From Candidatus Woesearchaeota archaeon (lineage in GTDB: Archaea > Nanobdellota > Nanobdellia > Woesearchaeales > UBA10216): 64,000 bases of DNA. The notes below the pieces were generated by a model. That model was given only the letters and a program-made list of their open reading frames with translations. It was not told the origin of the DNA and made no database searches. Numbering within the stretch: position 1 is the first letter of the stretch; the number at the start of each line of letters is the position of its first letter. Shown here one piece after another: positions 20,261-29,758 of the stretch. The DNA lies in the NCBI GenBank assembly GCA_016185705.1, contig JACPMZ010000003.1, positions 143,929-207,928 of the forward strand. The letters run 5' to 3'. The translations under genes were made by a program, and so were the position numbers.

Positions 20261-20881
20261 ATGGCAAAAAAGACTGCAAGAATTGCGGGGACAGCGCGAA
20301 ATTTAAGACTGCGCAGAAATGCCCGGATAGCCCGAGCCCGCAAAACAAGGAAAGTGAAAACAGGCATACAGCGCATGAGCACAAAGCTGACGGAAAACGT
20401 AGTTATGGAATCAATTGGGCAGGAAGCCCTGCCGGTAGTTGAATATCTAAAAGGCAGAAAAGACATTTCTGAATTCGTAATAGCAAAAGGCATAAGAGCA
20501 GAAGTTGGATATGTAAGGCAGATGCTCTACAAGCTGCAGAACCAGAACCTTGTAACGTATTTCAGGAAGAAAGACCGCGAAAAGGGGTGGTACATAAGCT
20601 ACTGGAGCTTTAACCCGAAAGGCGTGCCTGACTTAGCATTAGCGATAAAGCGCAACAGACTGCAGATGCTTAAAGAAAGACTCTATAATGAAGAGAAGCA
20701 CCGCGGCCTGTTCTACATATGCCCGAAATTCTGCAGCAGAATGGAATTTGAAGCAGCCACAGAAGCAGGATTCCGCTGCCCGGAATGCGGGCAGCCACTG
20801 CAGCACCAGGACAATGGGAAAACCATAGAAAGAATTAAAGAGAACATAACAGAACTGTCAAAAGAGGCGGCGGTGGCGTAA
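20261..20881 (+). CDS. tfe: transcription factor E (TFE/TFIIE-alpha)
   Basis: Winged helix VRQMLYKL..RKKDREKGWYISYW plus Zn ribbon CPKFC..FRCPECG; Arg/Lys-rich N-terminal extension. Confidence 0.85.
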   Translation: MAKKTARIAGTARNLRLRRNARIARARKTRKVKTGIQRMSTKLTENVVMESIGQEALPVVEYLKGRKDISEFVIAKGIRAEVGYVRQMLYKLQNQNLVTYFRKKDREKGWYISYWSFNPKGVPDLALAIKRNRLQMLKERLYNEEKHRGLFYICPKFCSRMEFEAATEAGFRCPECGQPLQHQDNGKTIERIKENITELSKEAAVA

Positions 20882-20883
20882 AA

Positions 20884-21300
20884 ATGGAAGAATACAAACC
20901 ACGATATAACCCCGGGAAAGCTGCAAGGTTTCTGAGCGATGTTCTGGCCTTCAACCTTACCGGATACAGAACTAACCCAACGGGCGATACCGATTCTTCC
21001 GGACTATTTGAGGTTATACGTAAATTACGGCCTGAAAGTCTTGATGATGCAATTGACGAGGCAATTGCGACGGCGGGCATAGGAGAAGGGGCTAAAGAGT
21101 TGGTACTGCGGCAGGCAGGTTTAAAGACAGGCAAAGAGCAAAGTTACAAAGAACTGGAGGCGTACTTCTTTCCAGATGACCTGAAAGGTGCGAACAGAAG
21201 AGCTAAAAGTATTCTGGAGGCTATGCACAAAAAACTGGCAGGTTTTGGTGTAAGGAGACAAATACAAGAAGAGCTGCATTTAAAAATAGGATGGGGATAA
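20884..21300 (+). CDS. hypothetical protein with sigma70-region-4-like HTH at the C-terminus
   Basis: ELVLRQAGLKTGKEQSYKELEAYF..RRAKSILEAMHKKL pattern. Confidence 0.6.
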   Translation: MEEYKPRYNPGKAARFLSDVLAFNLTGYRTNPTGDTDSSGLFEVIRKLRPESLDDAIDEAIATAGIGEGAKELVLRQAGLKTGKEQSYKELEAYFFPDDLKGANRRAKSILEAMHKKLAGFGVRRQIQEELHLKIGWG

Positions 21301-21302
21301 AA

Positions 21303-21596
21303 ATGGCACTAACACAAATAATTGGACAAATTGAACAGGCAGGATTTGAGTATGATGGCTGCATCTATGTGCGCGGTCATTGGCTTGTCGGACAGGATGT
21401 GATAAGTGTGGATGTGATGCGTGTAAGTGAAGCGGGCAGCACATTAAAAGTAACCCATTACACGCAGCCCTCAGCTATGCGTTCAGCTGTGCAAAAATTC
21501 TTAGGAATGGGAAAACCACAAGTGAGGGAAACAAGCTTTATCTTTTCAGAGAATAGTGGATTGCCTGAAAGTCTTGCAGAAATACTGTATAGTTAG
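21303..21596 (+). CDS. hypothetical protein
   Basis: ORF starts 2 nt after the previous stop. Confidence 0.6.
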   Translation: MALTQIIGQIEQAGFEYDGCIYVRGHWLVGQDVISVDVMRVSEAGSTLKVTHYTQPSAMRSAVQKFLGMGKPQVRETSFIFSENSGLPESLAEILYS

Positions 21597-21656
21597 TAGA
21601 AGTGATGAGCAGATTAGCCACGCTCAACTTTGCGGGGCAAACCCAAAGAAAAATCG

Positions 21657-21732
21657 TTGTCATTCGTAGCGTTGCGTTATTCGTTTCACTCGTATCTCAG
21701 AGCGTCCACAGGCTTGAGCCTGGCTGCCTGCA
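21657..21732 (-). repeat. displaced duplicate of the ABC permease 3' end
   Basis: 21681-21732 = 22559-22610 (51/52 identical); 24 further bp match at 17/24. Confidence 0.9.
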
Positions 21733-21755
21733 AGGCGGAGAGAATTTCAGAGTTT

Positions 21756-22223
21756 CTAGACTTTTTCCGGATTAAACGTTTTCAGGCCTTCCTTTCTTGC
21801 AGCGATAAGCAGCTTTTTATCTGAGCAAACAAACTCGGTAACCTCGCTTTTGTTCATCAGAGCTGTGTGCAGATGTATCGCATCGTTAACGGCAATGTGA
21901 TGCTTTCCTATAAATTCCAGGCAACCCAGGATAACTCTTGTATCAACGGGTTTGAACTCAAGCATTTTCCTCTCAACAAGCTCTTTTATGTCAAGCACAA
22001 AACGTTTCAGCAACTCTTTGCTTTCCAAAGGCAGCATACGCTTCTGCCGCGCCCACTTGTCCAACACAGAAACCAATTCGCCAATCATAAGGAAAGAAGA
22101 TGTTAGATGGCTTTCTCCCCTCTTCGCCTTTTCAACAAGCCAGTCCATATAGCGAATTCCTTTCTCTTCACGCTCATCGCCATAATATTTGGCGAATGCA
22201 GACGAGTCAACATATATCATCAC
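21756..22223 (-). CDS. VapC/PIN toxin
   Basis: IYVDSSAFAK, VNDAIHLHTA, FVCSDKKL. Confidence 0.9.
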   Translation of the reverse strand: MMIYVDSSAFAKYYGDEREEKGIRYMDWLVEKAKRGESHLTSSFLMIGELVSVLDKWARQKRMLPLESKELLKRFVLDIKELVERKMLEFKPVDTRVILGCLEFIGKHHIAVNDAIHLHTALMNKSEVTEFVCSDKKLLIAARKEGLKTFNPEKV

Positions 22224-22465
22224 TCATCCCTTACTTTCCTCACTAAATCTGACATGCTCTTTCCGGTCTTACGCGTCTTTTTCACTATCCTTCTTATTTC
22301 CTCTATTGAAAGCGCGGTTTCAGCACTATATTTATATGCCAGTTGCCTGATAGCATCCCTTACAACCTCTGACTGAGATTTGTAAAGGCCGGTTTTAATT
22401 AGTTTTCTGGTCATTCTCTTCACTCCTTCAGTCACGTCAGCTGTTAAAGTAACCATTCGCATCAC
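22220..22465 (-). CDS. RHH (CopG/Arc/MetJ) antitoxin
   Basis: LIKTGLYKSQSEVVRDAIR; overlaps the toxin start. Confidence 0.85.
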   Translation of the reverse strand: MMRMVTLTADVTEGVKRMTRKLIKTGLYKSQSEVVRDAIRQLAYKYSAETALSIEEIRRIVKKTRKTGKSMSDLVRKVRDE

Positions 22466-22477
22466 CTAATAGCCTAC

Positions 22478-22493
22478 TAATAGTATACTATTA
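22478..22493. promoter_or_regulatory. 16-bp perfect palindrome TAATAGTATACTATTA, putative antitoxin operator
   Basis: Lies between the TATA-like tract (~22494-22500) and the antitoxin start. Confidence 0.6.
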
Positions 22494-22563
22494 TTTATAT
22501 CTTTTTGCTTCACTCATCCCTCAAAGCATGCTCATTGCCATTCGCAGCTTTGAGATGCTCGTT

Positions 22564-23745
22564 TCACTCGTATCTCAGAGCGTCCACCGGCTTGAGCCTG
22601 GCTGCCTGCATTGCGGGAAGCAGGCCTGAAACTGCTCCTACAAGGAAGCTGAAAATTAACGCAGCTATTACAATAACAGGGTCCACTTTTATGCTCAGGA
22701 AAGGGAAGCCGAATGCCTGCGCGGCAAAGCCGACTGCGAACGCAAGCGCGGTGCCGACTGCTATGCCTATTGCTCCGCCTGCTGCGCCCATGATGCCTGC
22801 TTCTGACAGAAAAATAATTGCTATGTGAGAGTTCTTTGCGCCGACTGCCTTCATGACTCCTATTTCACGGGTTCGCTCAAGCACAGAGGTGAACATTGCA
22901 TTCATTATGCCGACTGCTCCGACGAGCAGCGAGATGGCTGCGATGCCTGCAAACACTGCCTGCACTGCTCCCAGAATGGTGTTAATCTGGCTGAGGATTT
23001 GCTCGGGAGTGAGGATGTCAAAGTCCTCGTCGTCAAAACTTCTCAGCAATTCACGCTCAATCTGCTGCTGCGCATCGCCTACCGAAACGCCGTCCTTGAC
23101 GTGCACGACCATTGCATTAATGTCGTCATGCCTGTTGAATATGTCGCGGGCATCCTGCAGCGGAATGTAAACTCTGCTGTCAATCTCAGTGCCTGTCTCA
23201 GCAAAAACTCCAACAACCCTGAACTTATTATCCTGAAATACCACATTGTTTTTCGCGCTTATAGCTTTATCAAACTCTTCCTCAGCGACAGTGCTGCCAA
23301 GCACCATCACGCCGCTATCGCCAGGAAGGAACAGGCGGCCTTCAGCAGCCATCACATCAAGGTCTGCGAAGCCGCGGTCTGCGAGCTTGACGTCAACAGC
23401 CCAGACCTGGACAAACTTCTCCTCTTTGTTAAATTCAAGAGTGCCTGACTCTATCATCGCAACGTCAACATACTCAACAACGCTTATAGCTTCAGTTTTG
23501 CCAATTATCTCATTCGGCAACGTGAAAAACGAAGTGGGAGGGCCGTGCAAACTTGCAGGGACAATGCGGATGTTTCTGATGCCGAGCTTCTCAAACTGCT
23601 CCTCAATGGCGTTGCTCATGCCCTGGCCGATGGTAATCAGCGAGACTATTGCTGCCACGCCTATCACTATGCCAACAATTGTCAGCCACGAGCGCAGGCC
23701 GCGATGCCTTATGCTGTTCCACGAAAACAACAGGTAGTCTTTCAT
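22564..23745 (-). CDS. ABC transporter permease (MacB/FtsX family)
   Basis: RSWLTIVGIVIGVAA, ERTREIGVMKAVGA, PVDALRYE. Confidence 0.93.
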   Translation of the reverse strand: MKDYLLFSWNSIRHRGLRSWLTIVGIVIGVAAIVSLITIGQGMSNAIEEQFEKLGIRNIRIVPASLHGPPTSFFTLPNEIIGKTEAISVVEYVDVAMIESGTLEFNKEEKFVQVWAVDVKLADRGFADLDVMAAEGRLFLPGDSGVMVLGSTVAEEEFDKAISAKNNVVFQDNKFRVVGVFAETGTEIDSRVYIPLQDARDIFNRHDDINAMVVHVKDGVSVGDAQQQIERELLRSFDDEDFDILTPEQILSQINTILGAVQAVFAGIAAISLLVGAVGIMNAMFTSVLERTREIGVMKAVGAKNSHIAIIFLSEAGIMGAAGGAIGIAVGTALAFAVGFAAQAFGFPFLSIKVDPVIVIAALIFSFLVGAVSGLLPAMQAARLKPVDALRYE

Positions 23746-24926
23746 TTTCTCAATGCATCTGCCGGCTTTAAGCTGGATGCGCGCCTGGCAGGGAAATAAC
23801 CTGAAGCTGCGCCCACTCCGACTGCAAATATTAATGAAAACAAAATCAGCAACGGCTCAATCCTTATCTTCAAAACACCAAATCCTGCCTGAGCTGCGGC
23901 AAAGCCGATAAGGTAAGCGATGCCAATGCCGAAAGCGATGCCGATAATGCCGCCTACAAGGCCTATAAGCCCTGCCTCTATCAAAAAAATCATGGCAATC
24001 TCAGCATTGGTTGCGCCGACAGCTTTCATGATTCCAATATCCCTTATGCGCTCCAGAACAGAGGTGTACATTGAGTTTGCGATGCCCACTGAGCCAACAA
24101 GGAGCGAGATTGCAGCGATGCCTGCAAGAACGCCCTGAAGAATGCCCAGGATAATGCTGAGCTGCTCAATAAGCTGCTCGGGGGTGGAGACCTCAAAGCT
24201 TTCCTCGCTCCTGATCCGCGAAAGCTCAGCTGCTGTGCGGGCTGACACCTTATTCAGGTCAGAGCCGGGCTTGACCTTGCCAACTATAAAAGAAACGCTT
24301 GTGCGGTCGCCAAACAAATCACGCATGACTTCAAGAGGCATGTAAATGTTGGAGTCGTCCTGAGGATTCCCGACTGACTCAACAATGCCCACTACCTCAA
24401 ATTTTTCGCTGTTAATTTCCAGCTTGCTGCCAACGAAAAGCTGCGAATCAAAAAGGTCGTCAGCCACTCTGGAACCAATTACAACCTTGTTTGAATCTGA
24501 CTCAAAAGGCCCGCCTTCACGAAAATCAAGATTAAACTCCTTGAAAGTTTCCACAGCAATCCCGGAATCAAAGCCGGAAATAAGCGCATTGACCGGCTCG
24601 CCCCTGAACTCAACTTTTGCTGACTTGAACAGCATTTCAACAACCAGGCCGTAATCCTTCACCTTCCGGACAGCATCAGCATCATCCACGTTCAGGTTAG
24701 CATCAAAGCCAGGAGGGCCGCCACTGGAGGCAGCGTAAATGCTTATCTTATCGCTTCCAAACGCCTCAAACTGCTCCTGAATGGAAGCTTCCAGGCTGCG
24801 GCTTGCTGACACCAGTGCGATGATGGCAGCTACTCCTATAACTACCCCGATAACAGTCAGCCACGAACGAAGCCGCCTGTGAGAAACGTTTCTCAATACA
24901 ATTACAACATCGTCCTTAAGGCTCAT
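23742..24926 (-). CDS. ABC transporter permease (MacB/FtsX family)
   Basis: RSWLTVIGVVIGVAA, ERIRDIGIMKAVGA, PADALRK; start taken at the ATG overlapping the upstream stop. Confidence 0.93.
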   Translation of the reverse strand: MSLKDDVVIVLRNVSHRRLRSWLTVIGVVIGVAAIIALVSASRSLEASIQEQFEAFGSDKISIYAASSGGPPGFDANLNVDDADAVRKVKDYGLVVEMLFKSAKVEFRGEPVNALISGFDSGIAVETFKEFNLDFREGGPFESDSNKVVIGSRVADDLFDSQLFVGSKLEINSEKFEVVGIVESVGNPQDDSNIYMPLEVMRDLFGDRTSVSFIVGKVKPGSDLNKVSARTAAELSRIRSEESFEVSTPEQLIEQLSIILGILQGVLAGIAAISLLVGSVGIANSMYTSVLERIRDIGIMKAVGATNAEIAMIFLIEAGLIGLVGGIIGIAFGIGIAYLIGFAAAQAGFGVLKIRIEPLLILFSLIFAVGVGAASGYFPARRASSLKPADALRK

Positions 24927-26227
24927 TTTTTCCTGCGAGCAAGGAAATAATAAAGAACCGCGCCAATGCCTGTGAGTATGACAACCGTCCACAAAGTCTT
25001 CTTATACTTAGGCATACTGTTTTTCTGGCAGTCAATCAGCATGAACAGAACAAAGACAGCTGCTATCACCTGCACGCCAAGCATCGCAAACACAACCAAA
25101 TAATTTCGCTGCTTGGCAGCCAAGCCAAACCTGGCAGCGTCCCTTCCAGAATAAATCGGAAGCTGAACGACCTCAGTATTAACAATCTCGCGGTTAAGGC
25201 TGTCCTTATGCGTTAACTTTACGCGCAAATCAATATTCCCCGGCCTGACCTTCGCGGTCCTGATGCTAAATTCAGCAGTCTCAAAATCATCTGCCTCAAG
25301 GTTGCCGAGATAAACCTTTGGAGCTGAAAGAACCCTGTAATCAGCAGTGCTGAGAAGCTCAGCTTCCATAAACCTTATCTCAGCAGGGCCGGTATTGGAA
25401 ACGCTAATCACAACCTCGCCGTTAGAATCAGGCGTGTTAACATCTGATTCCTTAACAGCCAAGCTGTAAACGGGCTTATCATAGACAACAATGCCGATGC
25501 TTGCGTTGCGCAGATGAGACTTGCCTGAGTCATCCAGGTAGTGAAGCTGAACTCCGGTCTTGTAATATGAAGAAGCAGCATCATGGGCAGCAACCAGCTT
25601 AAAAGCAGCAGTTTCCGAAGCGCCGGCAGCAATGCTTTCAATAACCACCTCATTTGAATTGCCCAAAGGAAAAAGCGGAGTGCTGCCCAGGTCCAGCTTA
25701 ACCCGAACATCCTTTACCAAGGACTTGCCGTAATTCTTTAAGGTAACGCCAAAATCAGCCACTGAGCCTGAACTAATATTAATGTCATCAGCAGAAACCA
25801 CACCCAGAATCGCGTCAGCCGGCTCAACGCTTACATCAAAAGCTGTTTTGCTCCAGGCAGCGTTCCCAATCCTGTAGCGCACGTAAAGCGGATGCTCGCC
25901 CTCGTCAGCGCTGCTTTCCACAAATACCCTGTATTTGACAACAAAAGCACTTGCACCCTTCTGGCTGGCGTCAAGACTGCCTATATTCTTCAATGCAGGC
26001 CCAAGGATTGTAAAGGGGTATTCTGCAAGAAGCTCCACCTCGACATCATCAACAGTGGCAGAAATGTTGTTATCCACCCTAAACCGGAGCTCAACATCAT
26101 CGCCCGGCTCAACCGGGTCAGGATTCTGATTTATAAGCTTAACATCAATCTGAGGCCCTTTAACCTCTGCACTGGCTGCGGCAGCCAGCATCAATGCTGC
26201 AAAAACTGCAATCGCAAAAAGTTTCAT
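24923..26227 (-). CDS. COG1361-type S-layer/Ig-like exported membrane-anchored protein
   Basis: Signal peptide, NQNPDPVEPG, Ig-like repeats, C-terminal TMs; typical partner of MacB-type ABC systems. Confidence 0.8.
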   Translation of the reverse strand: MKLFAIAVFAALMLAAAASAEVKGPQIDVKLINQNPDPVEPGDDVELRFRVDNNISATVDDVEVELLAEYPFTILGPALKNIGSLDASQKGASAFVVKYRVFVESSADEGEHPLYVRYRIGNAAWSKTAFDVSVEPADAILGVVSADDINISSGSVADFGVTLKNYGKSLVKDVRVKLDLGSTPLFPLGNSNEVVIESIAAGASETAAFKLVAAHDAASSYYKTGVQLHYLDDSGKSHLRNASIGIVVYDKPVYSLAVKESDVNTPDSNGEVVISVSNTGPAEIRFMEAELLSTADYRVLSAPKVYLGNLEADDFETAEFSIRTAKVRPGNIDLRVKLTHKDSLNREIVNTEVVQLPIYSGRDAARFGLAAKQRNYLVVFAMLGVQVIAAVFVLFMLIDCQKNSMPKYKKTLWTVVILTGIGAVLYYFLARRKK

Positions 26228-26898
26228 GCCAATCGGCCGTCCTTCAGGTGCTCAATGCGGTCAGCGAGCTTAGCCAAACTGCGGTCATGCGTAATCATAA
26301 CAACCGTTTTTCCCTGCCTGTTCAAGCCGGCAATGAGCTTCATTATCTCCCTGCCAGTCCTGGAGTCAATGTTGCCAGTTGGCTCGTCAGCCAGTAAAAC
26401 TTCAGGGTCGTTGGACAAAGCCCTGGCTATGGCAACGCGCTGCTGCTGCCCGCCTGAAAGCTCAGACGGCTTGTGCATTAAGCGCTCGCCCAGACCAACA
26501 GAAACAAGAAGCTGCCTGGCGCGCTCACGCCTTGCGGAAACAGCAACGCCCTGAAACATCATGGGCAGCTCAACATTCTCCAGGGCAGAAAGGTTTGCAA
26601 GCAGATTAAACTGCTGGAAAACAAAACCAATCTTCCTGCCCCTGATGACAGCGAGCTGGCTCTCAGAAAGCCTGCTGATATCGTGATCATCAAGATAAAC
26701 GCTGCCTTTCGTAGGATAATCCAAAGCTCCAATCATGTTCATGGCTGTTGACTTCCCGCTGCCAGAAGGCCCTTCAATCGCAACAAACTCGCCAGAGCTT
26801 ACTTCAAAACTAAGGCCGCGCAGCGCTTCAACCTTAACCTCACCCATCTGATATATTTTCCAGACATTCTCAAGGCGGATAACGCTCTTTCCGGGCAT
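26224..26898 (-). CDS. ABC transporter ATP-binding protein (LolD/MacB type)
   Basis: GPSGSGKST, LSGGQQQR, LADEPTGN. Confidence 0.95.
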   Translation of the reverse strand: MPGKSVIRLENVWKIYQMGEVKVEALRGLSFEVSSGEFVAIEGPSGSGKSTAMNMIGALDYPTKGSVYLDDHDISRLSESQLAVIRGRKIGFVFQQFNLLANLSALENVELPMMFQGVAVSARRERARQLLVSVGLGERLMHKPSELSGGQQQRVAIARALSNDPEVLLADEPTGNIDSRTGREIMKLIAGLNRQGKTVVMITHDRSLAKLADRIEHLKDGRLA

Positions 26899-26943
26899 AA
26901 CTGCAATTCTGGACGCTGCTATTTAAGAATTTTACTGGTTTTT

Positions 26944-27083
26944 GGTAATTTCAAGTTAAGTGGCAAAACTGTCGCACACTGCTCTGATTTTTTTCTCCCC
27001 CCCTTAAAAAATAAGGGGGGAGAAAAAAATCAGCCAAGCAGGCATCGGCAAGCTCAGGATTGCAGGACACACAACTTGACATT
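26944..27083. mobile_element. MITE family A copy lacking the last 3 bp
   Basis: Identical to 17867-18006; GGTTTTT on both flanks (partial TSD). Confidence 0.88.
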
Positions 27084-27090
27084 GGTTTTT

Positions 27091-27270
27091 CAGCATCTCC
27101 GCAGGCAACCTGCTTTGCCTGCTTGCAACCACGCCCTGTTTCCTCCTCTGTCGTTATTGCTTTGCGCTGCTTTTTTCCCTCCCTTAAATTTTTTGGGAGG
27201 GAAAAAAAGCAGATGGCAGTTATTCAAAGGGAAAGCGTGGCAGGAAAATAGTCCGGTTGCTGAGATACTG
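27091..27270. mobile_element. MITE-like family B element, long variant with nested hairpin
   Basis: CAGCATCTCCGCA...TGCTGAGATACTG; hairpin 27167-27212. Confidence 0.7.
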
Positions 27271-27316
27271 CGTCAAAACAATAATAATATAAACAATCAC
27301 TCAGCTACACGCCCAA

Positions 27317-27913
27317 ATGCCAATACGCCCGGAAGAAAGCAAGTGGAAAAAAAGAACATTCACTATAGTAATTTTCATAGTTCTGTTCAGCAGCGTAATC
27401 GGATTTACGTTCAGCGCAGTGCCGTTCGGGCTGCAGGGCGGGGATGATAAGATAAAGTACAACGGCATTGAGTTTTTTCCGACGCAGACAGGGCTTGCCA
27501 CGCAAGTAGACGGGCAAATCTTTGAGTTTAGCCATTATCCGGAGGATTTAGCTGATGAGGACGTTGCAGCAATTGCGGACAGCATAAATTCAGCGGCGAT
27601 GATTTACGCAACTTCAGATGCAAACAGCAGCATCGCAGGAGCAATAAGCAGCATGCAATACGATGTAAGCAGGCTCATTGGCGCTGACACTTTTGTCCAG
27701 GTTGCATTTACAGCCGAAAATGAATTCGGGAAAGAAATAATAACCTGCGAAGACGCAACCGAATCAATTCCTGTGCTGTACTTCAACTTTACCAATGCCA
27801 CGACAGAAATAACTGAAGAAGCCAACTGCATTATAGTAAACGCAGAGTCTGAAACCGCTTTAAGCAGGATAAAAGACAAAACAATGTACGAGCTATTGGG
27901 TGTAAAGCCATGA
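27317..27913 (+). CDS. membrane-anchored exported hypothetical protein
   Basis: N-terminal TM; IITCEDAT..NCIIV motif shared with the next gene. Confidence 0.75.
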   Translation: MPIRPEESKWKKRTFTIVIFIVLFSSVIGFTFSAVPFGLQGGDDKIKYNGIEFFPTQTGLATQVDGQIFEFSHYPEDLADEDVAAIADSINSAAMIYATSDANSSIAGAISSMQYDVSRLIGADTFVQVAFTAENEFGKEIITCEDATESIPVLYFNFTNATTEITEEANCIIVNAESETALSRIKDKTMYELLGVKP

Positions 27914-28491
27914 AAATCAGCAAGAGCTCGATAATTGTGGCAGCAGCGGTTTTAATTATAATTGCAGGATTTGCCGCCCTGCTGCTAATCTCTGAAAATG
28001 GCGACCGGGCAGACTACAACGGCTACCAGTTTGTAAACGAAAATGGCCTTTGGCAGACAGAATGGGAACGCGAAGGACAGATTTACGTGCTGGACTTCCG
28101 CCACCATCCTGAAGAAGTTGAGAGCATTCCGATAACAGGGCAGACAGACATAAGGTTCCAGCTGGAGCCAGTGTACATCACTATCGACCCTTCTGGCGAA
28201 CAACCCGATCAAAAATACCTCGCCCTGGCAGCAATTGACCTTGCACGCAAACTGACAGAGCCGTTTGAAAGAGAGGTGCAGGCAGCATGCACGCGAAACG
28301 AAACAGAAGCATGCGAAACACGCCCAATCGTAACATGCGAGAACACAAACAGCACAGTCATCTACCTAAAATCAGCTGAGCAAACCAAAATAGAGCTTCT
28401 GGGCAACTGCGCTGTCATCCAGGGGAACGGGGAAAGCATAGTCATGGCAGCAGAAAAGGCAATCTACCAGTGGCTGGGGATAATGGATTAG
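27910..28491 (+). CDS. membrane-anchored exported hypothetical protein (paralog of upstream gene)
   Basis: N-terminal TM; YNGYQF, HPEEV, IVTCENT..NCAVI. Confidence 0.75.
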   Translation: MKISKSSIIVAAAVLIIIAGFAALLLISENGDRADYNGYQFVNENGLWQTEWEREGQIYVLDFRHHPEEVESIPITGQTDIRFQLEPVYITIDPSGEQPDQKYLALAAIDLARKLTEPFEREVQAACTRNETEACETRPIVTCENTNSTVIYLKSAEQTKIELLGNCAVIQGNGESIVMAAEKAIYQWLGIMD

Positions 28492-29177
28492 GACCACTTA
28501 GCCCTGTCTTCTTTGTCAAGAACTCTGGCTGTTGACAACACCTGAACAATCAGAACAATCCAAATGAAAGCTGCAGCAACCGTGCCAACAACGTCCAGAA
28601 AGGTGAATGGGTAAAGCGTCCGGGCAAATTCAAATACAAAAAGCACCGGATTTTGGGCAAAGAAAAGCAAAACGCTGAACCCTGCTCCAATCAGCCGTGC
28701 CTCAGTCGGCCCAAGCGGCCCCAACGAAAGCTCAAAGCTGCCGGTAACGCTCGCTTTCAGGAAAGCATGAATCATAAGCAAAAGAAAACCCAAAGACACC
28801 CACAGCCACGCAGCCGTCAACGTAATGCCTGAAGCAGTCAAGCCACCAAGGATAACTGCGGCAGAAACTCCATCAAGCACGTGGTCAACGTAATGCCCGT
28901 AATTAGGACGGGGCGTTTTGCGAATCCGCGCAATCCTGCCGTCCAGCGAATCGCCAAACCAATGAACAAAATAAAGAGCAGCAGCCGCAAGATAAAGCAC
29001 TTTGAACTGAGGCGCGAAGAAATACGCAGTGCCAATGCCAATGGCAGCAAGCAGCGCAATCAAAGTAAGCGCGTCAGGACCTGCAAATTCCGGAATAAAT
29101 TTCACTAATTTATCCAACAAAGCATTTTCTGCTTTTGCCGTAATTGACAAGTTGACCCTCTTCATCACTCCTTGCAA
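28488..29177 (-). CDS. CDP-alcohol phosphatidyltransferase family protein
   Basis: DSLDGRIAR...GHYVDHVLD signature. Confidence 0.9.
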   Translation of the reverse strand: MQGVMKRVNLSITAKAENALLDKLVKFIPEFAGPDALTLIALLAAIGIGTAYFFAPQFKVLYLAAAALYFVHWFGDSLDGRIARIRKTPRPNYGHYVDHVLDGVSAAVILGGLTASGITLTAAWLWVSLGFLLLMIHAFLKASVTGSFELSLGPLGPTEARLIGAGFSVLLFFAQNPVLFVFEFARTLYPFTFLDVVGTVAAAFIWIVLIVQVLSTARVLDKEDRAKWS

Positions 29178-29211
29178 TAAGATTATTGTTTAAATACTTT
29201 TAGAAATCCTA

Positions 29212-29562
29212 CTAAATTTCTTCAACTTTCTCATTGGACATGCCAACCAAACGTATCCCGAAGCCAAGCTTAATGAGCGCAGACAACACTGCCATATGCA
29301 GATTTCCGGAGCCGGAAGAAAGATTAACCGCAACCTCTGTGTCAGCAATTTTGCCCTTCAACTGACTGATTATTACAGGCGTAATTGCCTGCGGCGGCTG
29401 CAGGTCGTCAACAACGATGAAATCAGCTTCTGCTTCAAACCTTTCCTTGCCGAATGCGTTAGTGACCAAGAAAACCTTATCCCACGATTCAGCTGCAATC
29501 AGCTTCTTAACCTCAGTCCACGTACCCTTCCCGGAGCCAAGGCAGGCAACAAGCGAAGTCAT
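29212..29562 (-). CDS. small Rossmann-like (possibly CARF-like) hypothetical protein
   Basis: MTSLVACLGSGKGTW..VAVNLSSGSG; start set ~28 nt downstream of the TTTTAAAA box. Confidence 0.75.
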   Translation of the reverse strand: MTSLVACLGSGKGTWTEVKKLIAAESWDKVFLVTNAFGKERFEAEADFIVVDDLQPPQAITPVIISQLKGKIADTEVAVNLSSGSGNLHMAVLSALIKLGFGIRLVGMSNEKVEEI

Positions 29563-29605
29563 CGCAATAGGCAATGAGCGAAATTTTAAAAAGTTATTGC
29601 CAACT

Positions 29606-29748
29606 GGCAATTTCAAGTTAAGTGCCAAAACCACGCTTGCTCTGAGCTGATTTTTTCCTCCCCCTATAAATTTTTAAGGGGGAGAAAAAAATCAGCAAAG
29701 AAGGCATCGGCAATCTCAGGACTGCAGGACACAAGACTAAACATTGCC
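29606..29748. mobile_element. MITE family A, divergent complete copy with perfect 9-bp TSD
   Basis: GGCAAT...ATTGCC ends, 143 bp; TTGCCAACT at 29597-29605 and 29749-29757. Confidence 0.88.
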
Positions 29749-29758
29749 TTGCCAACTC

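Noticed and set aside
21681-22610. Diversity-generating retroelement TR/VR pair
   Set aside because: No reverse transcriptase, and the repeats are near-identical without adenine-specific mismatches
21630-22828. Paralogous + strand ORFs sharing SFHSYLRASTGLSLAAC
   Set aside because: Antisense read-outs of the duplicated permease 3' end, not genes
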